Shown piece by piece: positions 1 to 11,845 of a stretch of DNA of 64,000 nt (positions are counted from its first letter, which is position 1; each line of letters begins with the position of its first letter). The stretch is taken from the IMG/VR virus record IMGVR_UViG_3300042013_000065, one strand, 5' to 3'. The notes under the pieces were generated by a model. That model was not told where the DNA came from. It saw nothing but the letters and a program-made list of their open reading frames with translations, and searched no databases. Position numbers and translations under genes: made by a program. Source of the DNA: a virus.

Positions 1-681
1 AAATGGTTCGAACTTCAGGAATATTTCGACGTTGGTGAATATGAAATCGTTCTGGAACACAGCGATGATTTCGTGATTACACAGCAGGGTTCCACAACTG
101 AATGGGGCTTTGAAAACGGCGAACGTTTATCGGTAATGTGCAAACAAACTGCAACGTCTCCGCTGAACATTAGCCTGCGTGTGGATAGCAAATCCATATT
201 CGATGTGAGCATTGTCGGTCGTGGCCCTGAAGTGTTGGCTGTGATGGATGTTCCACGTGAGATTACGGATACAGAATTCACATACAACAAAGATCCAGAC
301 GGAACCAATGCAGACGTTATATGGGATGTTGATTCCGAAGAGTTTGGCCCGTACGGAATTACCACAACCACAAGCTTTGCAAATGATTTGTTTGAGGATC
401 ATCGCGTTGAATTGGATTTCAAAGGAACGGTTACGTTTACCGAACCATTGTACGATCCAGTAGCAGCCGCATTTACGCAGGCTGAATTCGATGTGAGCCG
501 TGTTATCAGCGGGCGTTTCATTACTGCTGAAGATCCATTAGAAAACAATGTGATTGCGCCTAATAGCTCCATTGTCCTGTTGCCTAAAACCATGCTCTGG
601 CGTAATGCAGACATATGGTCGGACATGTATGTTTACGAACCTTTAACGTTCACATACACAAACAAATGGAGCATACCGTAA
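1..681 (+). CDS. 5'-truncated probable virion/baseplate structural protein
   Basis: Frame is open from base 1 (KWFELQEYF...) to TAA at 679-681; acidic and beta-rich; lies in the structural cluster. Confidence 0.75.
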   Translation, partial: KWFELQEYFDVGEYEIVLEHSDDFVITQQGSTTEWGFENGERLSVMCKQTATSPLNISLRVDSKSIFDVSIVGRGPEVLAVMDVPREITDTEFTYNKDPDGTNADVIWDVDSEEFGPYGITTTTSFANDLFEDHRVELDFKGTVTFTEPLYDPVAAAFTQAEFDVSRVISGRFITAEDPLENNVIAPNSSIVLLPKTMLWRNADIWSDMYVYEPLTFTYTNKWSIP

Positions 682-685
682 TTTA
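678..685 (+). promoter_or_regulatory. Candidate phage late promoter motif GTAATTTA, followed by a hairpin (693-717)
   Basis: Same octamer recurs at gene-block starts 8199, 31311 and 39220(-). Confidence 0.45.
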
Positions 686-741
686 CTAATAGAAACGGCG
701 TGATGTTTGCGCCGTTTAACCAATTGATTTGAGAGGGAAAC

Positions 742-963
742 ATGACAGAGCGCAAGATTTTTAACCCGTTCAATGCCGCACCTAAAAAGGTTGAGGCTGC
801 ACCAAAAGCAGAAGACCAAGAAGTTGCAACGGCGTCCGCTCTTACCAACGTTGATCCTTCTCAATGCCCGAAGTGTCCGGCGAAAATGTCCACGGCAATG
901 ATCTATGATCGCCGACAGGTTTACTACTGTGACGCGTGCCGTGTAACACACCCAAAGGAATAA
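742..963 (+). CDS. Small zinc-ribbon protein
   Basis: CPKC...CDAC; GAGGG RBS. Confidence 0.8.
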   Translation: MTERKIFNPFNAAPKKVEAAPKAEDQEVATASALTNVDPSQCPKCPAKMSTAMIYDRRQVYYCDACRVTHPKE

Positions 964-964
964 A

Positions 965-3268
965 GTGATGGTTGATAAGCTGGTATTACTTGATGCGGGC
1001 GAATCCGCAATTAACAATGCGAATGCTGGCGGGCTTTTAATTAACCCTGCAAGTTTTCGCATGGGCGATTCAGACCTTTATCCGTCGTCCACACAGCACA
1101 CGAACATTGTCGGAAATTTCGTAACCGGTGGCGAGATTCACCACGTCGAAGTTTTGAGCGCGAAAACAGCTCGCTTTGTATTGAGTGTTGATACCCGTTC
1201 GCTGGCGGGGCCAACCACTGTTAAAGAAGTGGTGATTTTCTTCGAAGGCAACATTGCTTTTGCACGTTGTGTATTTGCAAAGCCTTACATTTTGCAACCT
1301 GATGAACCGCTGCGTTTGAGCGTTGTTCTCGGTACAAGCCGCGCCGACCTGACTACAATCAGTGTGATTATCGGCGAGCATGATTCGATTCCGGCCACGC
1401 CGTTTTTGTATCGTCTGCCACCACCGGGTAACTCCGAATTCAATGCCATTTCTGTTCTGAATGGTATGCGTCACTTTGATGGAACAAACGGCCCTGTACT
1501 CGCTCAGCGTTACGGGGCTGGTGCGTTTCAATGGGCTTTTAGCGAACACCAACGCGTCTTTAACGGTGTTCCAACGTCGGCCACTGCAACATCTTTCAAA
1601 ATCCCTAACCAATCGTGGGCAGCGAACGAACAGGTAATTGTTCACGTTGTTTCCGGTAGCGGTGAAGGTAAAACGCGACGTTATCGCTACAACACTGCGG
1701 CGGCTGAATTCCGCGACGTGGATAATCAACCGATTCCGAATCTGCAAACATGCACAATTGCTGTATGGCGCATGGTTGGAACTTCTACAGGTTCGGGCGC
1801 ACCGGGCGCGGGTTTGCCACCTACCGATAACATTCCGAACGATTGGGTATTAACTCCCGGCCCTGACGGAACAGGTACATGGCAACCGCCGAAAGCAGCA
1901 TCGAAAATCATTGCAACGCTGTACACGAAACCGACTCGCCTTGAAGTAAATGCTCTGACGTTTATGGGCACGGGTGATCAATCTCGATACAGCACCGGTG
2001 AATTGATTGCGGAAAACGCAAACTATATTTACCCTGCACTCGGTATGGCAACGCAGCACCGTACAGCTTTCGAATTGAACGGTTCTGAATTGGAATTCGC
2101 AGAAGTTTTGCCGTCCACCATTCCAGTTGATTTGCGTGTATTTACGCGCTCGCCTTCGACCGGCACACGTGTACTGTTCAAAACCATTGACGCAGTTGGC
2201 GATGGTGAAACAGTTGAATTCGATATCGGTTTCGCAGTCGATAGCGCCGCGCATGTTTTCGCATTTATTTCGAGCATGCTGCAACCGGTTTCCACATACA
2301 CGTTTGACGCAATCACCAAAAAGATTCGTTTCATTTCTCCACCGGCTGCGGGTCTGCCAATTGAATTCCGCTGTCTGACCTACGTTAACGATACCGGCTA
2401 CAGCACGCGGATTGTGACACGCCTGTATAACACCGATAGCGATACATTCTTCCTGAAGCTGCCGACCACACCGCAAAGCATCGAACAGGTATTTGTTTCG
2501 CAATCTGGTGCGCACGTACACCAAGAAAACTACTCTTTGATTGAAGACGGTCTGGTGTTCACTGAGTCGCTTGAAAAAGGCGTCGAAGTGGAAGTAATGA
2601 TCTTCGAAAACATTCAAGCACAGGGTAGCGAAGCAACCGGTTTGAACGGCATTGTTATTGACGGCTATGTGACGAATAAAAACATCACATTGCTGCGCCA
2701 CGGTGCACCTGCTGTAATGCTTCCAATTCCAGCGCCAGCAATCAGCGTTGGTAAAGGTCTGCAAATTGATGCGTCCAGCGGCCAAGCTTTAATCAGCATT
2801 GATGCCGCAAGTTTCCCGAATGCGCCAGTGTTCACGAAATGGAGTATCGACCAGATTGAAAAGAATCAGGCCACGATTATCGTTACACAACGAATCGACC
2901 TGACGAAACCGTGCATCATTTTTGTGACTTGTGACTTCGCCGCGAAACTCGGGCCGGGTTACGTTTCAACAGAAGGCGCGGAAAACATGGAATACGTTGT
3001 GGGGATTCGTTCTTCACAATCGAAAGAGCCTGATTTTGGTCGTGCAATTCGTGGTACGAATACAGCCGGTTTGTTCACTGGCTCACAATCGAAATCCACA
3101 ATTGGTTATGCCAACGCCAGCATGACGCAAATGTTTGAACTTGATCCGTCGAACCACAACACAGGTTATGTGGAACTGGTTGCAAAAATGCGGATTAACA
3201 ACGCAAACACTTCGCAGTTCACGTCGTTGCTGACACTCAATTTTAACGCACTTGAGATTCCGAAATAA
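965..3268 (+). CDS. Baseplate wedge / tail fibre attachment protein
   Basis: Tail-collar-like N-terminus; about three internal repeats G.G..F...V...S...Q...Y.....F..P..G..VE. Confidence 0.7.
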   Translation: MMVDKLVLLDAGESAINNANAGGLLINPASFRMGDSDLYPSSTQHTNIVGNFVTGGEIHHVEVLSAKTARFVLSVDTRSLAGPTTVKEVVIFFEGNIAFARCVFAKPYILQPDEPLRLSVVLGTSRADLTTISVIIGEHDSIPATPFLYRLPPPGNSEFNAISVLNGMRHFDGTNGPVLAQRYGAGAFQWAFSEHQRVFNGVPTSATATSFKIPNQSWAANEQVIVHVVSGSGEGKTRRYRYNTAAAEFRDVDNQPIPNLQTCTIAVWRMVGTSTGSGAPGAGLPPTDNIPNDWVLTPGPDGTGTWQPPKAASKIIATLYTKPTRLEVNALTFMGTGDQSRYSTGELIAENANYIYPALGMATQHRTAFELNGSELEFAEVLPSTIPVDLRVFTRSPSTGTRVLFKTIDAVGDGETVEFDIGFAVDSAAHVFAFISSMLQPVSTYTFDAITKKIRFISPPAAGLPIEFRCLTYVNDTGYSTRIVTRLYNTDSDTFFLKLPTTPQSIEQVFVSQSGAHVHQENYSLIEDGLVFTESLEKGVEVEVMIFENIQAQGSEATGLNGIVIDGYVTNKNITLLRHGAPAVMLPIPAPAISVGKGLQIDASSGQALISIDAASFPNAPVFTKWSIDQIEKNQATIIVTQRIDLTKPCIIFVTCDFAAKLGPGYVSTEGAENMEYVVGIRSSQSKEPDFGRAIRGTNTAGLFTGSQSKSTIGYANASMTQMFELDPSNHNTGYVELVAKMRINNANTSQFTSLLTLNFNALEIPK

Positions 3269-3690
3269 TGTACTGGTACGTCGAAGGTAGAGGACTCGTT
3301 TCAGGAAACGTTGAGCCAGAAGGCCGTGCATTTCCACTCGACGAAGCTACCTTCGCGCACTGCCGCGACAACTACGAATTACTGGATATTTTTGTACGGG
3401 ATAATCAACTGCATATCACAATCGACATGCCTGCGTTTCGCGCAACAGCATTGTCGAAATTGGTTAACGTTGATTATATCGTGCACAACAACGTGAAATA
3501 TTATGACGATGAACTCGGCTACTTGAGTGCCACGTACATAACACGTAGTGGGTATCCGTGCGTTCTCAGTCAGAAACAAATGATTGATAAAGTGACCGAA
3601 AGGAATCGGTTATTCGCATACAAACGTAGCGGCATAAACAGTGCGCGAACACCTGAAGAGATTGAGGGGTATCTATGTCAAACGCCCTAA
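3268..3690 (+). CDS. Hypothetical protein, possibly tail fibre assembly chaperone
   Basis: TAATG coupling to the upstream gene; C-terminal INSARTPEEI resembles fibre-chaperone endings. Confidence 0.6.
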   Translation: MYWYVEGRGLVSGNVEPEGRAFPLDEATFAHCRDNYELLDIFVRDNQLHITIDMPAFRATALSKLVNVDYIVHNNVKYYDDELGYLSATYITRSGYPCVLSQKQMIDKVTERNRLFAYKRSGINSARTPEEIEGYLCQTP

Positions 3691-4472
3691 CGATTGCGCA
3701 GTTAGACAATAACTCTGTGACGGTTCCAATTGGCCGCACGGTATTTACGAACACAAAGAAACAGAACTCAAAAGTCGTGCAAGCCGCACAGACTGGCGAA
3801 GAATTAAAAGCGCCTACGTATCAACTCATTGAAGCCCCCGGCTACGATGGTGAACAGGCGTATCGTTCGAACATTGACGAAGTTTATTTCGATAAGCCTT
3901 TGGATCGTGAAAGTCGTCAAATTGCTGAATGCAGTTTCGATAATGACAAAGGGCTTTTCACAATCGTTCGAAAGAATGGCGAAGTAATTACCGCTTCTAG
4001 TTTTCTCCGGCAAATAGATTTCGGTGTTGGCCCACAAGGCCCACGCGGTGATTCTGGAAAAGATCAAGAAGACGGCGTAGACGGTCGCGACGGTGCGGAC
4101 GGCGTAACAGGTTGCGCGGGGCCAAATGGTGCAGAAGGTCGTCCGGGGCCAATGGGTGATTTCGGTATTGAAGGCCCTGTAGGTCAGCAAGGAATGTTCG
4201 GGCCATTAGGCCCTACCGGCCCGCGTGGTGATCGTGGCCCCGCTGGCCCTCCCGGATTCGAAGGCAAACGCGGTTTGTGTGGCCCTAGTTGCCCAACCAC
4301 AAGCCAAGGCCCGTGCGGCCCTGAAGGCATGACAATGAAGAAAGAAGTTTCCCTGTTAGAACATCCTCAACCGGATGAATTGATTTGGGCCGCTGCTGAA
4401 GATTGTGTTTGCCCAATTCGTCCGAACGAAGTTTATCCTGAGTACGTCAGGAAACTTGTTATTTTTGCATAA
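3675..4472 (+). CDS. Collagen-like fibre protein 1
   Basis: Long Gly-X-Y run with GCAGP; Cys-rich C-terminus. Confidence 0.9.
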   Translation: MSNALTIAQLDNNSVTVPIGRTVFTNTKKQNSKVVQAAQTGEELKAPTYQLIEAPGYDGEQAYRSNIDEVYFDKPLDRESRQIAECSFDNDKGLFTIVRKNGEVITASSFLRQIDFGVGPQGPRGDSGKDQEDGVDGRDGADGVTGCAGPNGAEGRPGPMGDFGIEGPVGQQGMFGPLGPTGPRGDRGPAGPPGFEGKRGLCGPSCPTTSQGPCGPEGMTMKKEVSLLEHPQPDELIWAAAEDCVCPIRPNEVYPEYVRKLVIFA

Positions 4473-4482
4473 GGGGAATTGA

Positions 4483-6966
4483 ATGCTTTGTACGACTATT
4501 CCAGTCGTAGCGAAATCCCCCGTACCCGTAGCGAAAACAATTGCTGAATGCGGCAAATGGATTACGTTTTGCGGTAAGGGAAAGCACTCAGTTTCATTAT
4601 TTTTGGGAACGATTCAGGCCCCCGTTGTTATTTGGTATGAACGGGACACGCCGGAAGACGCTTTATACGTTCACCAATTCGATGAAATTGTGGCCGCTGC
4701 GCCGTTGGACGATGCCGTTGGTTCGTTCACGTTTCAATATGCGCCACTGGATAAAAAACCCGGTAATGACGAAATCATTATCACGCACGAAGGCAATAGC
4801 GTTAATAGTCGCGTGCATGTCCGTGTGGATTGTCCTGAAAGCTTGTGTCTTCCCAACAACGTTAAGCCGCCACCGCTGCAAGAAACGTCGATCAAATGCG
4901 GGAAGCAATGGCACCAAGCAGGATACGTAAAAAAGAACACAATTTTGCTCGGCGATGAACCGGGTTTTGTTGAAGTTATTTGGGAAGTGATTGGCACAGC
5001 AGAAGTTCGTTTCTTCCAAGACAAAACTTTGCTGAAAACGATTACTTCCAACCGTGACGGAACGTTTAGCTTTTTCTACGATCCGGCATTGGGCGATGTT
5101 TATGCAACCACGCAGGGCACCGGCTCTGTCGATTACATTTTCACTTGCCCATACATTCCAATTGATCCAGAAGTTCCGGTGTATGAATTCACGTGTGGTG
5201 CAGAACCATACGCGTACGAAGCACCGCGCAGCGTGGAAGTTAAACTGCCTGTAGAAATTGGTACGATTGACATTGAAGTAACGCTAGTTGAAACGGTGCG
5301 TGTTGAATTCCGTCAAAACAACGTTCCTTTTTACGTCCTTTCGAATCACGCGGGTACAGTGACATTCTCGTATGACTTCGATCCCGATAAAGGGAAAGTG
5401 ACAATTGAAACCACGGGTTACGGTGCAATCAGCGTCAAAGTGAAATGCCCGTACAACGCGCCCGATCCTGATCCGACTGACGTTTTGGATAGCTGCGGAA
5501 CAACACTCGAAACATTCCCCGGCTGGTCAAACGTTACGCTCGACATGGGCGGCGTGAATGGCAAAACGATTCTGGATATCGTGTTAACTGGAACGCCTGT
5601 AACCGTCGAACACACAGTGGTTCAAACAATCACTGAATCGGGTTCCTACGAATTCGATGTGAATAAAGACGTTTCTTTCGTGATCAAAAGTCGCGGCAAT
5701 GATTACCGTATGCGCGCATCTTGCCCGGTACGAATTCCTACCGAAGAGGTGATGGATTGTGGCACTCAAAAAACAGTTGATAGTTTCTCAAATACGGTCG
5801 TTCGTTACGGCAGCTCGCCGGGAAATACAACGATTACAACAAACCTCGACGTATCTGTATATCGAGACGGTGTTCTCCAAGGCATGGGCCAAAACATCAC
5901 GTTCTTTTACGCAGGCACTGGTGTGGTTAAAATCGTTTCGTTAACAACTGACCAACAGTTGACGATTAACGCGACATGTCCGGCAATTAACCATTTGCCG
6001 TGCAACGATCCACTGACACAATTCAACGGCGGCGATAGCGTAATCGTAGATTTTGCGATTCCAAACATTCGTGGTCACGTGAAATTCGAAGTAGAAATAA
6101 CCGGTTCTGTTTCCATTGCGTGGCGTGTGGGTAACACCACTGTTAAAACGTCCACGGCCACTGAAAATTTTGAATTGATTCTGCGTACAGTTGACGGCCT
6201 GCGTGCTGTTAGCTCGGGCACAGGAACATTCAAAATCAAAGTGTATTGTGCAACACCGATCGTACCTGTAACGGTTACGCCATTTACTGAAGTAGTGAAT
6301 TGCCAACCGGGTCAAACGAGTGGTGGTGTTCCGGGCGGTGATCCTTTTGTCACAGCGTCTTGGACAGTCACAGAATGGAGCGATGGCACCACAACAACGT
6401 CAGAGAAAGTTTACGACGGTGTGTGTATGCCAGTGACTGAGGTTCCTATTCGTCCTGCGCGTTGGGGCGTTGCAATGTTTGCTAACCGTTTGTTTACCGG
6501 TGGCCCGATTGCATCGGAAATCACGGAAGAAGAAGAAATGTATGGTGTGAATCCGAACGTAACACCAAACGGAAAACCATACACGCGTTGGACAGGCATT
6601 CAGGATTTTGCTGATAGTGTGATGACCAACACGATTGTTCCGACAAGCACAACGCCTGTGCAAATTGACGCTGTGATTCCGGCAGACGATTACATCTATT
6701 TGATGTGGGATAAGCGCGCAGGAACAGACGTGGACATCGTTCTGCTGCCAAACTTTACCGCATTCTGGAAAGGTGTTGCTTGGCGTAACGATATCATCCC
6801 GAACGCTGACGGTTATCCTGAATACGATCCAAATCTTCCTGAAATTCTTACTGTTCGTTACGACGACGGTACGGGTGAGCGGGATTGGTTGATTCGTAAG
6901 AAAGAAGACACCGCATTGCCGGGCGGAACGTTGCACGAATCGTACACGGTTAAGTACAAAGTCTAA
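4483..6966 (+). CDS. Cys-bounded beta-sandwich repeat virion/fibre protein
   Basis: About six 85-100 aa repeats, each starting near C(G) and ending in xxxCP. Confidence 0.8.
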   Translation: MLCTTIPVVAKSPVPVAKTIAECGKWITFCGKGKHSVSLFLGTIQAPVVIWYERDTPEDALYVHQFDEIVAAAPLDDAVGSFTFQYAPLDKKPGNDEIIITHEGNSVNSRVHVRVDCPESLCLPNNVKPPPLQETSIKCGKQWHQAGYVKKNTILLGDEPGFVEVIWEVIGTAEVRFFQDKTLLKTITSNRDGTFSFFYDPALGDVYATTQGTGSVDYIFTCPYIPIDPEVPVYEFTCGAEPYAYEAPRSVEVKLPVEIGTIDIEVTLVETVRVEFRQNNVPFYVLSNHAGTVTFSYDFDPDKGKVTIETTGYGAISVKVKCPYNAPDPDPTDVLDSCGTTLETFPGWSNVTLDMGGVNGKTILDIVLTGTPVTVEHTVVQTITESGSYEFDVNKDVSFVIKSRGNDYRMRASCPVRIPTEEVMDCGTQKTVDSFSNTVVRYGSSPGNTTITTNLDVSVYRDGVLQGMGQNITFFYAGTGVVKIVSLTTDQQLTINATCPAINHLPCNDPLTQFNGGDSVIVDFAIPNIRGHVKFEVEITGSVSIAWRVGNTTVKTSTATENFELILRTVDGLRAVSSGTGTFKIKVYCATPIVPVTVTPFTEVVNCQPGQTSGGVPGGDPFVTASWTVTEWSDGTTTTSEKVYDGVCMPVTEVPIRPARWGVAMFANRLFTGGPIASEITEEEEMYGVNPNVTPNGKPYTRWTGIQDFADSVMTNTIVPTSTTPVQIDAVIPADDYIYLMWDKRAGTDVDIVLLPNFTAFWKGVAWRNDIIPNADGYPEYDPNLPEILTVRYDDGTGERDWLIRKKEDTALPGGTLHESYTVKYKV

Positions 6967-6978
6967 AGGAATGCAGAA

Positions 6979-7605
6979 ATGCTAACGAAAATCCCAACGC
7001 CGATGATTCGTGCAAAGGGTGAAAAAGATTCGAGCGTTCTTGAAGTTAAGAACGAACGACTTGCCGCCACTTCGCCGAAAGATACGGAAGTTTCAGAAGT
7101 TGCTTCAATGTTGTTCGATGCTTCGCAGGGTGTTTTAACTCTGCGTTTCGCGAACGGCCAAGAAATTCGCACTTCGGGTTTTCCTACTCCAGACAAAATT
7201 CCAGCAGGCCCTACGGGGCCACAAGGTTTAGCGGGAAAGGATGGGAAAATTGGAAAAGATGGTCGCGATGGTGCAGCCGGTGGCCCCGGTTGTGCTGGCC
7301 CTCAAGGTGCAATTGGACAAACAGGCCCGAAAGGTGAAACCGGTCGTACTGGTCAACCGGGGCCAATCGGCCCAACTGGCCCTGTCGGCCCTACAGGTTT
7401 GCAAGGCCCAATAGGCCCCACCGGCCCACAAGGGCCACAAGGCCCGAAAGGCCCGCGTGGTGATCAAGGCCCACAAGGTAAACCCGGCCCGCGTGGCCCT
7501 GAAGGTTATATGAATATCGTTGTTTCAACGGTTGAACCGGCAGAAGAAGCACGCGTACACGGAATGCTTTGGGTAAATCCAAACGCCGATTATAACTGCG
7601 GTTAA
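6979..7605 (+). CDS. Collagen-like fibre protein 2
   Basis: Gly-X-Y run; N-terminal LTKIP..MI; C-terminal GMLWV. Confidence 0.9.
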   Translation: MLTKIPTPMIRAKGEKDSSVLEVKNERLAATSPKDTEVSEVASMLFDASQGVLTLRFANGQEIRTSGFPTPDKIPAGPTGPQGLAGKDGKIGKDGRDGAAGGPGCAGPQGAIGQTGPKGETGRTGQPGPIGPTGPVGPTGLQGPIGPTGPQGPQGPKGPRGDQGPQGKPGPRGPEGYMNIVVSTVEPAEEARVHGMLWVNPNADYNCG

Positions 7606-7617
7606 AGGAGCATTTTT

Positions 7618-8136
7618 ATGGGTGAGTTAACACGGGTGCCCGTGGAAATGGTTCGTGCACGCGGTCGCGTTGGTGCAAACCTGAAAAACACGGGTACAAG
7701 TTTGCAAGTTGCCGAACAGGATGAATCACAAAGTCCTGTTTTGGTATCCGGGCATTTGGAACAATTGACGGGCGTTCTTCAACTTACATTGAGTGATAAC
7801 ACATTCATTAAAGTTGATGGATTTTTTACAACGAATAGCATTGTGCAAGGCCCCGCTGGCCCACGTGGTTTAAGCGGAATGAATGGTGTTGACGGTGCAG
7901 ATGGTCGCGATGGTGAACAAGGGCCAACCGGTTGCCAAGGCCCAGCAGGCCCTCGCGGTGATGTCGGCCCTGAAGGCCCGCGTGGGCCACAAGGTATTCA
8001 AGGCCCACCGGGGCCACAAGGAACACCGGGGCCACGTGGCGAAGACGGATTTGTTCAAATCTTTATTCAAAGCGAAGACCCAAGCCAAGCGGAAGGCAGT
8101 TACGTAAAACCCGGAACATTGTGGGTGAAACCGTAA
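7618..8136 (+). CDS. Collagen-like fibre protein 3
   Basis: Gly-X-Y run; LTRVP..MV; GTLWV; AAGGAG RBS. Confidence 0.9.
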   Translation: MGELTRVPVEMVRARGRVGANLKNTGTSLQVAEQDESQSPVLVSGHLEQLTGVLQLTLSDNTFIKVDGFFTTNSIVQGPAGPRGLSGMNGVDGADGRDGEQGPTGCQGPAGPRGDVGPEGPRGPQGIQGPPGPQGTPGPRGEDGFVQIFIQSEDPSQAEGSYVKPGTLWVKP

Positions 8137-8164
8137 TAAACGTTTGTAAAAAAGCTACACAATT

Positions 8165-8196
8165 AAAGGGGCCTTTGCGCCCCTTTCGTTGTTTTT
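8165..8196 (+). terminator. Intrinsic terminator
   Basis: AAAGGGGC-loop-GCCCCTTT followed by a T-rich tract. Confidence 0.7.
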
Positions 8197-8198
8197 CG

Positions 8199-8206
8199 GT
8201 AATTTA
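8199..8206 (+). promoter_or_regulatory. Candidate late promoter GTAATTTA
   Basis: Directly after the terminator and 28 nt before the ATG at 8234. Confidence 0.5.
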
Positions 8207-8233
8207 AACATATTAAAACCGAAGGAAATTGCT

Positions 8234-11200
8234 ATGAGTCAGTTGACCATACGCACTCCACAAGATGCCAATCTGGACATTTGTGAAAGTGAATGGAATG
8301 TTTATCAGGATGATGGGACGTGGTTTCGAATTGATCCGGTTAACGATTTGCGCGTTCGCCATGGTTCAAATGAATATTGGTTAACGATTGAATGTGATAG
8401 CGGCGTTGACTATTGCCCACCAGAAGAAATGGTTGAATGCTGGCCGGGTTACGCGGGAGATTTTGATAGCGGGGAATTTAAAACCGGTGGCCCAACTGGC
8501 TATTTGGTTTCAACCTGCGACGGATTGGCACCGAAAACATATACAGGACACACACCGAATTTTGATGTGGCTGGCGGTCGTTTCTTTGCAACCGCGCCAT
8601 TGCTGCCAAACACTGTAGCCGAGGCATTGCCCGTTACGTTGTATGGGGAAACAGCAGAAATAAATGAAATGTTGGTTTGGGCCGGTTCTGCATCGGGTGC
8701 AATTGACGTTAGCGCACTTGAATTAGATCCCGGCGTTCGTTTCCGTATTTATCACGGTTGCGAATTGCTTGGTGATAGCAAAACCAGCGGCAATTACTTC
8801 AACATTTTCTACAATGCCGAACCACCTGAATTGCGTGAAGTTGATTGCGGTGTTCCGCGTCCTGCAAACAATTTCCTAACCGTTCGCGTTGATGCTCCTG
8901 CGAATGCGCGGTGGCGAATCAAATTGGGCGAAGTAAACGTCGTTCAATTGACGAACTATGAACGCCCAGCACCATGCTTCGGAACATTTGGCCCTAATCT
9001 GCCATGCCGCGTAAATGAAGATCATCGCGTTGTTCCCGGTGCAGCAAGTTACGAAATGGTACACCGAATTCCCGCCAACGGTATCATGCACATTGACCTG
9101 ACTGTTCAGGGCGTGGCGCCTGTTACCGTTTCTGTGTTTTACAACGGCGGAATGATTGCACAAGCAGCCAGTTTGAATTCTGGTACGAATCAATATTCGG
9201 CGATTTCCATTCCGTTCAATTTCACTAGCGTCGGCGGCGATGATTTCATTATTGTTCGTTACGATGCACCACGCAATTACAACAAATGGCAATATTCGAT
9301 CTACTGCCCTGAGCAACGCGGTAGCCGAGTGTTTCCAATGTTCTGCATGCCAGTGCCGGACGACGTTTTGTGCTTGCCGTTGAATCCAACGCTCGATCCT
9401 GTTTACGCACAAGTCGGACAGGGTGCGCAATACAACGACATTTACTACGATTATTCAGGCAAAGCAGAAGGCGATGTCGTCGTAGAATTCTTTGCTGCTG
9501 ATCCTGTGCAAATGATCTTTTACCAAGGCACTTACCCGAATGATATCGTGGTCGGTGGTACTGATGGATTTGTTCAAGGCCACCAGCGTTTCTACTTTGA
9601 ATTCTATCCGAAAAACGGTACGACAATTCACGTGCGTGTTCTCGGCCCGTGCTGCCCTGATTGGGCAATGACTGTTAGTTGCCCGGTTCCTTTTGCGCGT
9701 TTGATCATCGACGACGGTTCGAAAGTTCGTCTGAAGAAAGGCGAAGTGAATTACCTGTGTTTCCGCGCACGTTTGAATCATCGCACTCCTCGTGACGTGA
9801 ATTTTAGTTTCAAAACAACACCACTCGATGCAATTGAAGCGCAGGGTGATTGCATTATTCCCGGCTCGATTACACCTTCGCTTTATTGCGACATTTTGTC
9901 TGAGACTGGTGTGCAATTTGCCTACTCGACAAACGACGTAAACATTGGCGGTTACGGTGCGTATCGAATTTGCTCGCAAGCTCACGGCTACAACTGCGCG
10001 CAAGGTGGTCAGTATTACGTAATGGAAACAGAAATCAATCTGCCCTACGACGGCGTTTATACGTGGGTCGGAACAGCGGACGATAACTGCTACATCTATC
10101 TGGATTGCGAATTGAAGGTGCAAAAATCTTCGACGTGGGAAGCAAACCAGCAAACAAACTTTGTCGGTCGTAAAGGTCTGCAAACACTTTCGATCATGTA
10201 TCAAAACGTTCCGCATTGCACACCGGGTTGGGTTAAGTGTGCGATCCTCGGAAACGGACAGGTTGTATTTGCAACGAACGCATCCGCATATCAATGGCGT
10301 TCTAAAACAGGCTCGCTGACTTCGGAACCTGTACCAGAACCGCTGAACTACGGCGCCGATTACAACAAAACTCAAAGCACCGGGCACATTCCTGCATGCT
10401 CTGAAAATGGCATTGATATTTGCGTTCCAATTTGCGGCACGGATTTGATGGGGCCGAACGTACAGTTCAAGGTTGAGATTTATAACCTGACTGGTGTGAA
10501 AGCTGAACGTCCTGCGGCAATCGGAACAATCATCAACGAAAACAATTACCAGTGTGATCAAGCGACTTTGGTAGCGGTTAACGATGGTGGCGCGTGTGAA
10601 TTCGTAAACCGTTTGTCTCGCCGAATGTTCGTACAAAAAGCGCTCGCTTCTTACGGCGGTGCTTCGTACGTGATGGAAAGAGAAATGACGTTCCCGGTTT
10701 CGGGTATTTATACGTTCATTTTCTTCGGCAAAGATGGTGCACAGCTTTACATGGATTGTAATCTGATCGCGCAGTCGAGTGGTGGTTCTGTCGCACGTGC
10801 AACCCGTGTGCGTACAGCGGTGAATCGTGGCACACGTCATTTGTTCATCAATTATCAATCGGCGGGCGGTGGTCGTCGGAACGCATATGCTTCAATGTGT
10901 GTTCTCGATCCTTCGAATCAGATTATTTATTCGTCGAATGCTGCGGATTGGCGCGGACGTATTATCAACGGCGGTGTGAAACCAACGTGTAATCAATTCG
11001 CTACTTCTTGCTTGATTAGTGGCAACACAATTGAGAAGCAACAAAGTGGCGGTGGTGGTTCTACAAACTACACGGTTGGTTATGGCAGCGTACAAGTGCG
11101 GACTTCTTTGCACGGAAACGGAAGCCAGCCAAACGGAATCAATTATTCGTTGCAGTACACACCAAACCTTCCAGCCGGAACATACACCGTTAAATGGACT

Positions 11201-11845
11201 GCGGACGACGTTGCAAGTTTCTACGTCAACTGTAATCACATTCGCGATAAAAATTCGAACTGGCGAGATATTGATACATTCACTTTTGCGCATCCGGGCG
11301 GTGCAGTTCCAATCACAGTTATTTATCGCAACACAGGCGGTAACGTTGCGTGGTGTAACTGGGCAATTTTGAATGGCGCAGGTCAAGCCGTTTCTGTTTC
11401 GTTGCCGGGTCTGCCGGGACAAGCTTCTGCAATTGGTGATGTTGTTGCGGGCACTGTAGGTGTTCCACTTTATCAATCGTTTTACGGCGGTCGCACAGTG
11501 ATTCACATTTCCCCAAGCATCGGAAGTGGTGGCCCGAATTACAATTGGTGGAGTGCAGAACGTGATATCAACATTCCAGCGGATGGTTTGTATTACGTTG
11601 TAGGCGGTGCAGATGACCAGCTCGGCGTTTATGTAGGCTGCCAAGCTGTTTCCACTGCTGGCGGATTGTTTGCATTGGAAGCAGGCCCGCAAAAAATGCA
11701 CATTCGTTGCTACAACCTGAAATCGAAGAATCCGAACTATTGCTGGTTCACACTTTACAACCAAGCAGGACAGGTTATTTATAGCACTGCCGCTGCTGGC
11801 TGGAAAGGGAAATGGTCTGACCTCGATTTTTCCGGCATGAGCTAA
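8234..11845 (+). CDS. Large Cys-rich fibre/adhesin: Cys-bounded repeats, split Calx-beta-like domain, four PA14-like domains
   Basis: ATG at 8234 with AAGGA RBS; repeats Y.....ADD....Y..C; GADY..G.I...I.VPI.G.D Calx-beta-like C-half. Confidence 0.8.
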   Translation: MSQLTIRTPQDANLDICESEWNVYQDDGTWFRIDPVNDLRVRHGSNEYWLTIECDSGVDYCPPEEMVECWPGYAGDFDSGEFKTGGPTGYLVSTCDGLAPKTYTGHTPNFDVAGGRFFATAPLLPNTVAEALPVTLYGETAEINEMLVWAGSASGAIDVSALELDPGVRFRIYHGCELLGDSKTSGNYFNIFYNAEPPELREVDCGVPRPANNFLTVRVDAPANARWRIKLGEVNVVQLTNYERPAPCFGTFGPNLPCRVNEDHRVVPGAASYEMVHRIPANGIMHIDLTVQGVAPVTVSVFYNGGMIAQAASLNSGTNQYSAISIPFNFTSVGGDDFIIVRYDAPRNYNKWQYSIYCPEQRGSRVFPMFCMPVPDDVLCLPLNPTLDPVYAQVGQGAQYNDIYYDYSGKAEGDVVVEFFAADPVQMIFYQGTYPNDIVVGGTDGFVQGHQRFYFEFYPKNGTTIHVRVLGPCCPDWAMTVSCPVPFARLIIDDGSKVRLKKGEVNYLCFRARLNHRTPRDVNFSFKTTPLDAIEAQGDCIIPGSITPSLYCDILSETGVQFAYSTNDVNIGGYGAYRICSQAHGYNCAQGGQYYVMETEINLPYDGVYTWVGTADDNCYIYLDCELKVQKSSTWEANQQTNFVGRKGLQTLSIMYQNVPHCTPGWVKCAILGNGQVVFATNASAYQWRSKTGSLTSEPVPEPLNYGADYNKTQSTGHIPACSENGIDICVPICGTDLMGPNVQFKVEIYNLTGVKAERPAAIGTIINENNYQCDQATLVAVNDGGACEFVNRLSRRMFVQKALASYGGASYVMEREMTFPVSGIYTFIFFGKDGAQLYMDCNLIAQSSGGSVARATRVRTAVNRGTRHLFINYQSAGGGRRNAYASMCVLDPSNQIIYSSNAADWRGRIINGGVKPTCNQFATSCLISGNTIEKQQSGGGGSTNYTVGYGSVQVRTSLHGNGSQPNGINYSLQYTPNLPAGTYTVKWTADDVASFYVNCNHIRDKNSNWRDIDTFTFAHPGGAVPITVIYRNTGGNVAWCNWAILNGAGQAVSVSLPGLPGQASAIGDVVAGTVGVPLYQSFYGGRTVIHISPSIGSGGPNYNWWSAERDINIPADGLYYVVGGADDQLGVYVGCQAVSTAGGLFALEAGPQKMHIRCYNLKSKNPNYCWFTLYNQAGQVIYSTAAAGWKGKWSDLDFSGMS

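Noticed and set aside
8189-8233. Upstream TTG/GTG starts in the ORF track (8189, 21322, 31482, 32075, 40156, 41743, 48533, 58902, 61032)
   Set aside because: Extensions run through terminators or neighbouring genes; the downstream ATGs have better RBS and coupling
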